From positions 2,635 to 66,634 of the forward strand of contig JAIYAU010000018.1 in assembly GCA_027488865.1 (NCBI GenBank): DNA of 64,000 nucleotides, read 5' to 3'. Every line of letters starts with the position of its first letter. Position 1 is the first letter of the stretch. Under the pieces are notes generated by a model that searched no databases, was not told the DNA's origin, and saw nothing but the letters and a program-made list of their open reading frames with translations. Shown piece after piece: positions 59,362-64,000 of this stretch. The stretch is from Cytophagaceae bacterium. GTDB lineage: Bacteria > Bacteroidota > Bacteroidia > Cytophagales > UBA9547. Position numbers and translations under genes: made by a program.

Positions 59362-62172
59362 TTAGAAATTTAAACTAGCACTTAATGTTACGGTATATCC
59401 CATCTTAGTTTTAAACAACTTATTATCCGCATCATCCAATTTGTAATTTGTATTAACATCATTATATAATACTAGGTCTTGTCTTAGAATATCTCCCATT
59501 GTAGCCTTTAGATTTAATTTATTTATTTTTTTGGATAATTGAAAATCAATAACTGTTCTTGGGTTTTCCCATATATCAAATCCAAATGGTACAGCATTGC
59601 CTCCATCATCAAATACCCCACCAACAAAAACTATCCTTCTTCCCACTCTATTAAGTACAAGGCTAGATGACCAACCATTATCTATATTTTCATATTGTAA
59701 CCCCATGTTAACTACATATGGCGACTGCCCTTGAAGCGGTCTGTTTTTTGAGGATGTTGAACCTTCATTTAACTGAATTTCAGACTTGATAAGTGCTAAA
59801 TTCGAATATGCCGTAAGAGAATTAAATATTTTTGGAGCAAAAACTTTTCCAATAAATTCAAATGATTTTCTAAATTCCATTTCAATACCATAGATTTTAG
59901 CACTTTTTTCATTATTATAAACTACCGTTCGAACAGCTTGAACATTTAGGTCATAGCGCAATTCGATTGGATTTTGAACAATTTTATAAAATCCACCTAT
60001 AGATAAAATTTGGTTTGCAGAAGGATAATATTCAAATCTTGATTCAATATTATTTATAGAAGAACGTTTTAAGTTTACATTTCCCCTAATGTCCGAATTC
60101 ATATCAAAATTATAAAAACCAAAAGGAGATAGTTCTCTAAACTCTGGTCTATTAAGCGTTTTATATATTGCAAGTCTAAGGTTAGTCTTGTCATTTAGGC
60201 TGATCGTAGAATTTAATGAAGGTAAAACATCATTAACTACCTTAGCTTCTACTACATTAACTTCATTTCCCAAATCTTTACTTCTTACACCTTGAGAGAA
60301 ACTTTCGTACCTTATTCCATAGACAAGTCTTAACCAGTCTAATGGTTTTTGGTCTAATAAACCATAAAAGGAATTTAAGCTGGAATTTGCTTTATAGTTA
60401 TCAGAAAAAGTATTAGTACGTTCTATTAAAACTAATCCGGTATTGGCAGCTGATATGTTGTTTTCAGTTAAGTCTACATCGGGTGACTTAGTTTTTTCGA
60501 AATTAAAATTGTTAATCAAGTAAGTAAAGTTTCTAGAGGTAAAATCTCTCGATCTTCTTTGAACATAAAAACCAGCTTTAAATTCATTTTTAATACTTAG
60601 TACTTTAAATGGAACAGCCACATCTAGACTTGCGCTATTAATTTTTTCTGATAAATTAGAAAAGAATCTACCAGTTGAATTTGTAAACTGATCCCCGAAA
60701 CCCATAGAAGGAGCTCTGTTAGGATTTGATCCAGAATAAAGAGCAATTTTATAATCTGGAATTGTTCTTATAATATCACCATTGTTAAGTAGCCATGTAA
60801 TCTTAAACCAATTTTTACCAACTGAATGCTCACCACTTAATTGGGTTGAAAAAATTCTATTATATGTCATGATATCTGCAAATTGTTTACCATAAAAGTC
60901 AGAACTCGGGGTGTTAATTTTTCTAAGTGTTGTTGAAAAATCAGTATTGATGTTATACAAGTTTCGTAAACTAATAAGATTGGTTGGTGTTAACTTAAGA
61001 GAAATATTTACAATACCTCCATTGGATATATTTTGAGTGTGTCTTTTATCTTCATAATTCGCTATTAGAAAATTAGCATCTGTAGTATAATTTTTAACAT
61101 TAACATCTGTGGTTCTCATGGAATTAGAATAGTTATAACTAGCAATGATACCTAGATCTTTTTTAAATACTTTCATCGGAACACCAATGGTATAGGAGAA
61201 TCTTCCATTCAACAATGGTTTTCTATTTCTAATACTCCAATCATCGTTAAATAATTTACTATTTACTACCCTTTCATCTTTTGAAATGCTTGAGTTAGCA
61301 GACATATCTGCATTTATAACTGGAGAATCTCTTTTCCCATCGTCAATACCGAAAATATCCGTTGATGATCCTTTAAATGTATTAAAATCTTTAAATGTTG
61401 TTAAAGAATGGTATTGCCCACCAATACTTATTGATTGAGTTAATTTATCTGGTATTGATTTGGTGTGTATTTGAATAACACCTCCACCAAAATCTCCAGT
61501 AAGTTCTGGACTTCCAGCCTTGATAATTACAAGTTTATCTACAAGAGTTGCAGGTATTACATCAAACGAAAAAGCCTTTCTGTCACTTTCGGTGGAAGGA
61601 AGAGGAGCACCATTTAAATATCCAGCATTATATCTATCACTCATCCCTCTAATAATTGCGAATTTACCTTCTTGAATGGAAGCACCAGTAACCCTTTTTA
61701 GAATATCCGCGGTCGATCTGTCTGGAGTTTTTCTGATCAAATCAGCCGATACTCCATCAGACACCTGAGCCGAATTCTTTCTTTCTATAAGTAATGCATC
61801 GGTTGAAGCTTTATCAACAGTGTAAGTGATCACCACTTCTTCTAACTGAGTGCTTTCTTCCTGCATAGCAAAGTTTAAGTAGGTCACTTGCCCAGCTTTT
61901 ACTTCTACGCCTTGTATCTTTTCCGTTTTATAAGAAACATAGTTAAGAATCAAGGTATAAAATCCTGGATCAAGGCTTAATAAAAACTGCCCCTCAATAT
62001 CCGTGGCTGTTCCAATGTTCTGTCCTTCCACCTGTACCACGGCCCCGATGAGGTCTTCACCGTTGGCTTTGTCTATTAACTTACCAGACACCTTGCCTTT
62101 ACCCCCTTGTGCAAACACCTGAAATGAAAAAATGGCAATAATTAAAAATGTTAAATAGGAAAACTTCTTCAT
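59362..62172 (-). CDS. TonB-dependent outer-membrane receptor with an N-terminal carboxypeptidase-regulatory-like domain
   Basis: Signal peptide, then CarboxypepD_reg (GKVSGKLIDKANGEDLIGAVVQVEG...TDIEGQFLL), then plug and barrel. The terminal ...LSASLNF has the OMP C-terminal Phe. Confidence 0.9.
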   Translation of the reverse strand: MKKFSYLTFLIIAIFSFQVFAQGGKGKVSGKLIDKANGEDLIGAVVQVEGQNIGTATDIEGQFLLSLDPGFYTLILNYVSYKTEKIQGVEVKAGQVTYLNFAMQEESTQLEEVVITYTVDKASTDALLIERKNSAQVSDGVSADLIRKTPDRSTADILKRVTGASIQEGKFAIIRGMSDRYNAGYLNGAPLPSTESDRKAFSFDVIPATLVDKLVIIKAGSPELTGDFGGGVIQIHTKSIPDKLTQSISIGGQYHSLTTFKDFNTFKGSSTDIFGIDDGKRDSPVINADMSANSSISKDERVVNSKLFNDDWSIRNRKPLLNGRFSYTIGVPMKVFKKDLGIIASYNYSNSMRTTDVNVKNYTTDANFLIANYEDKRHTQNISNGGIVNISLKLTPTNLISLRNLYNINTDFSTTLRKINTPSSDFYGKQFADIMTYNRIFSTQLSGEHSVGKNWFKITWLLNNGDIIRTIPDYKIALYSGSNPNRAPSMGFGDQFTNSTGRFFSNLSEKINSASLDVAVPFKVLSIKNEFKAGFYVQRRSRDFTSRNFTYLINNFNFEKTKSPDVDLTENNISAANTGLVLIERTNTFSDNYKANSSLNSFYGLLDQKPLDWLRLVYGIRYESFSQGVRSKDLGNEVNVVEAKVVNDVLPSLNSTISLNDKTNLRLAIYKTLNRPEFRELSPFGFYNFDMNSDIRGNVNLKRSSINNIESRFEYYPSANQILSIGGFYKIVQNPIELRYDLNVQAVRTVVYNNEKSAKIYGIEMEFRKSFEFIGKVFAPKIFNSLTAYSNLALIKSEIQLNEGSTSSKNRPLQGQSPYVVNMGLQYENIDNGWSSSLVLNRVGRRIVFVGGVFDDGGNAVPFGFDIWENPRTVIDFQLSKKINKLNLKATMGDILRQDLVLYNDVNTNYKLDDADNKLFKTKMGYTVTLSASLNF

Positions 62173-62248
62173 AAAAAAGGATTTTAAGTATTTGAGTAAA
62201 AATACATTTGCAAAAATAAGCTGATTACTTTAGAACAGATTTACATAA

Positions 62249-62296
62249 ATGTTATGATATTGTTAATTATGTTAACTATATGTTATTGTAATGTTA
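62249..62296. promoter_or_regulatory. Helically phased TGTTA array, including the GTTAA-N5-TTAAC palindrome, upstream of the TonB-dependent receptor
   Basis: TGTTA starts at 62250, 62261, 62270, 62281 and 62292 (steps 11, 9, 11, 11), 78-124 nt upstream of the receptor ATG. Confidence 0.45.
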
Positions 62297-62324
62297 AGTA
62301 CACTTATAATAGTCAAAAAATCAC

Positions 62325-62768
62325 TTACATTATTTTAGGTGTCGAGGTGGTCACCAAATTGGAGGTGCCATGTGCAATGAGTTTTTGAGTGGCTTTGTTA
62401 TATAGTTTACAGGTTACATTCACGATATTTTTACCTTCTCTTGTTATCTCGCAGTGAGCTAGCACCACATCGCCTAACTGACCGCCAAATAAATAGTCAA
62501 TAGAAAGATTGATGGTAGACATAAAAAAATCACGGTCTAGCGTGAAAACAGTAGTACCCATGAGGTCGTCAATAATACAAGCGATGATTCCACCATGGAG
62601 CTTTCCCGCTGCGTTGGTCATCTCTTGCCTGACAGTATATTCTGCAATGATATGGCCTTTTTCAACCAAAGTAAAAATAGGACGAAGCCAGTTAGAAACA
62701 GCTGAAGGGCTGTTGGTGATTTCTTTACCCAGAAGCGTTTGTAATATTAGAACAGAATTATTTGACAT
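62325..62768 (-). CDS. PaaI-family hotdog-fold thioesterase
   Basis: 147 aa. NAAGKLHGGIIACIIDDLMG is the PaaI/4HBT-type motif. Confidence 0.8.
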   Translation of the reverse strand: MSNNSVLILQTLLGKEITNSPSAVSNWLRPIFTLVEKGHIIAEYTVRQEMTNAAGKLHGGIIACIIDDLMGTTVFTLDRDFFMSTINLSIDYLFGGQLGDVVLAHCEITREGKNIVNVTCKLYNKATQKLIAHGTSNLVTTSTPKIM

Positions 62769-62794
62769 AAAAGTTTTATGTTTGTTTGTAAAAA

Positions 62795-64000
62795 TTATTC
62801 TTCAACCACCACCTGAATCATTTGTGCCTCCACCATAGATACTTGGATATTTCGGTTGTTTGCTTTAATCAGCACAAAATCTTCCGTTTTGTTCGTAATC
62901 CATATGGTAGTGTTGGGCAATAAACCAATTTGCCATAAAAAAGCTGCATTCCCTTGATTTTCCGCAATTCTACCTTTTCCGTTAATGGCAAGTTGGTTTA
63001 AAGTAATTTCTAATACCTTTTTTTGATTCAATTTAGGGATAGGCGAGCCGTGAGGATCAATTTCTGGATGCCCCAGTGCTTTGTCTACTTTTTCCCAAAA
63101 ATCTGCTTGAGCAATATGTTCCATTTTTTCTGCTGATTCATGCACTTTATCCGTGGGTATTCCCATTTTATTGGTCATGTAGGTTTCCCACAAGCGATGT
63201 GCCCTTAAAAGTTTTTTACCTAAATTTTTCCCAATATCTGTGACCGCATATTTTCGATTTTGGTGGTTAATCACATTTAATCTTTGAAGGTTCCATAAAT
63301 TAATTTTAAGGTATATGGTACCAAAATGTAGTTCGCTCCTAAGTTTAGTAAACGTTACACCCTCTTCTTGACTTAATTTTATAATGGTCTTTAAAACATC
63401 TTGTTGGTCAATGGTGAGATTTTTTTGTAATCGCTTGGCGTATTTCACAAGGAAGCCTCGTTTTGGGCTAAATAATAATGCTATCAAAAACAAAAAGGTA
63501 GCTGATAAGGTCATCATTGGCCCAGGTGTAAGTTCTGTTTTTATGGCCAAAGCCAATCCTGAACTAGCAGCAACCATGCCAATGGCTGCTGATATTAAAA
63601 CCATCGTTAATAACTTATTGGTGAGTAAATAAGCTGTGGAGGCGGGAATAATAAGCATGGCCACTACCAGTATAACTCCTACCGATTGTAAAGAAGCAAC
63701 AATGGTAAGTGATAACAAAAACATAAGGAAATAATGAATCAAAGCCACGGAGATTCCCATGGTGGCTGCAATAACCGGATCAAAAGTGGATATGAAAAAG
63801 TATTTAAAAAAAACGAATATAATCAATGCCACATAACAACCAATCATGGCAGTAAGCCAAAGATCATTATCAGAAACACCAAGTACGTTTCCAAATAAAA
63901 AATCTTTCATGTCCAAATGTATTCCCTGTTTTTTGGTAAGCCATGAAATACCAATAATGCCTAAAGCAAACATGGCTGTAAAAACTATTCCGATGGAAGC
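62795..64000 (-). CDS. Fusion protein: ABC-3 (Mn/Zn/Fe chelate) transporter permease + DtxR/MntR-type metalloregulator + FeoA/SH3-like domain; N-terminus lies beyond the window edge
   Basis: The frame is open to base 64000. The N-terminal part has about 5 TM segments of ABC-3 type. This is followed by a winged-helix region, RAHRLWETYM...KVHESAEKMEHI...GHPEIDPHGSPIP (DtxR metal-site and dimerisation pattern) and a C-terminal FeoA-like segment. Confidence 0.8.
   Translation of the reverse strand, partial: ASIGIVFTAMFALGIIGISWLTKKQGIHLDMKDFLFGNVLGVSDNDLWLTAMIGCYVALIIFVFFKYFFISTFDPVIAATMGISVALIHYFLMFLLSLTIVASLQSVGVILVVAMLIIPASTAYLLTNKLLTMVLISAAIGMVAASSGLALAIKTELTPGPMMTLSATFLFLIALLFSPKRGFLVKYAKRLQKNLTIDQQDVLKTIIKLSQEEGVTFTKLRSELHFGTIYLKINLWNLQRLNVINHQNRKYAVTDIGKNLGKKLLRAHRLWETYMTNKMGIPTDKVHESAEKMEHIAQADFWEKVDKALGHPEIDPHGSPIPKLNQKKVLEITLNQLAINGKGRIAENQGNAAFLWQIGLLPNTTIWITNKTEDFVLIKANNRNIQVSMVEAQMIQVVVEE

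Overview
This is a 64-kb chromosomal window from a low-GC member of the Bacteroidota. Four proteins end in type-A T9SS C-terminal sorting domains, there is a CarboxypepD_reg-type TonB-dependent receptor, and TAnnTTTG -7-type boxes occur upstream of several genes. I count about 52 protein genes. I saw no rRNA, tRNA, CRISPR array, transposase, integrase or phage genes.

Most of the window is housekeeping: pgi, rlmB, leuB, ruvC, aspS, tyrS, dnaG, ftsH, rsfS, birA, rsmI, hflX, an AHAS pair, pepF and hppA. Three accessory regions interrupt it:
- A visibly more AT-rich surface-polysaccharide/LPS locus (2.5-12.7 kb).
- A cluster encoding a ParA-like protein with a broken Walker A, an orphan Hpt protein, a glycosyltransferase, and a GMC oxidoreductase with a Tat small subunit (38.1-42.6 kb).
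- A TonB-dependent receptor / T9SS-cargo operon next to an ABC-3 permease fused to a DtxR-type regulator (57.5-64 kb).

The signals that gene content does not explain are non-coding:
- A 420-bp array of ten exactly in-register 42-bp units (84-bp A/B dimers) between hflX and a methyltransferase gene (44.8-45.25 kb).
- A solitary diverged copy of the same repeat family upstream of an orphan intrinsic terminator (13.5-13.75 kb).
- A 22-bp iteron-like array plus a perfect 19-bp inverted repeat upstream of alkB (2.3-2.47 kb).
- A helically phased TGTTA array upstream of the TonB-dependent receptor (62.25-62.30 kb).

I found no recognisable defence or mobile system. All calls rest on hand reading of the ORF translations and the DNA. 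Hairpin and repeat coordinates were counted by hand and may be off by 1-2 nt. No database search or statistics were run.
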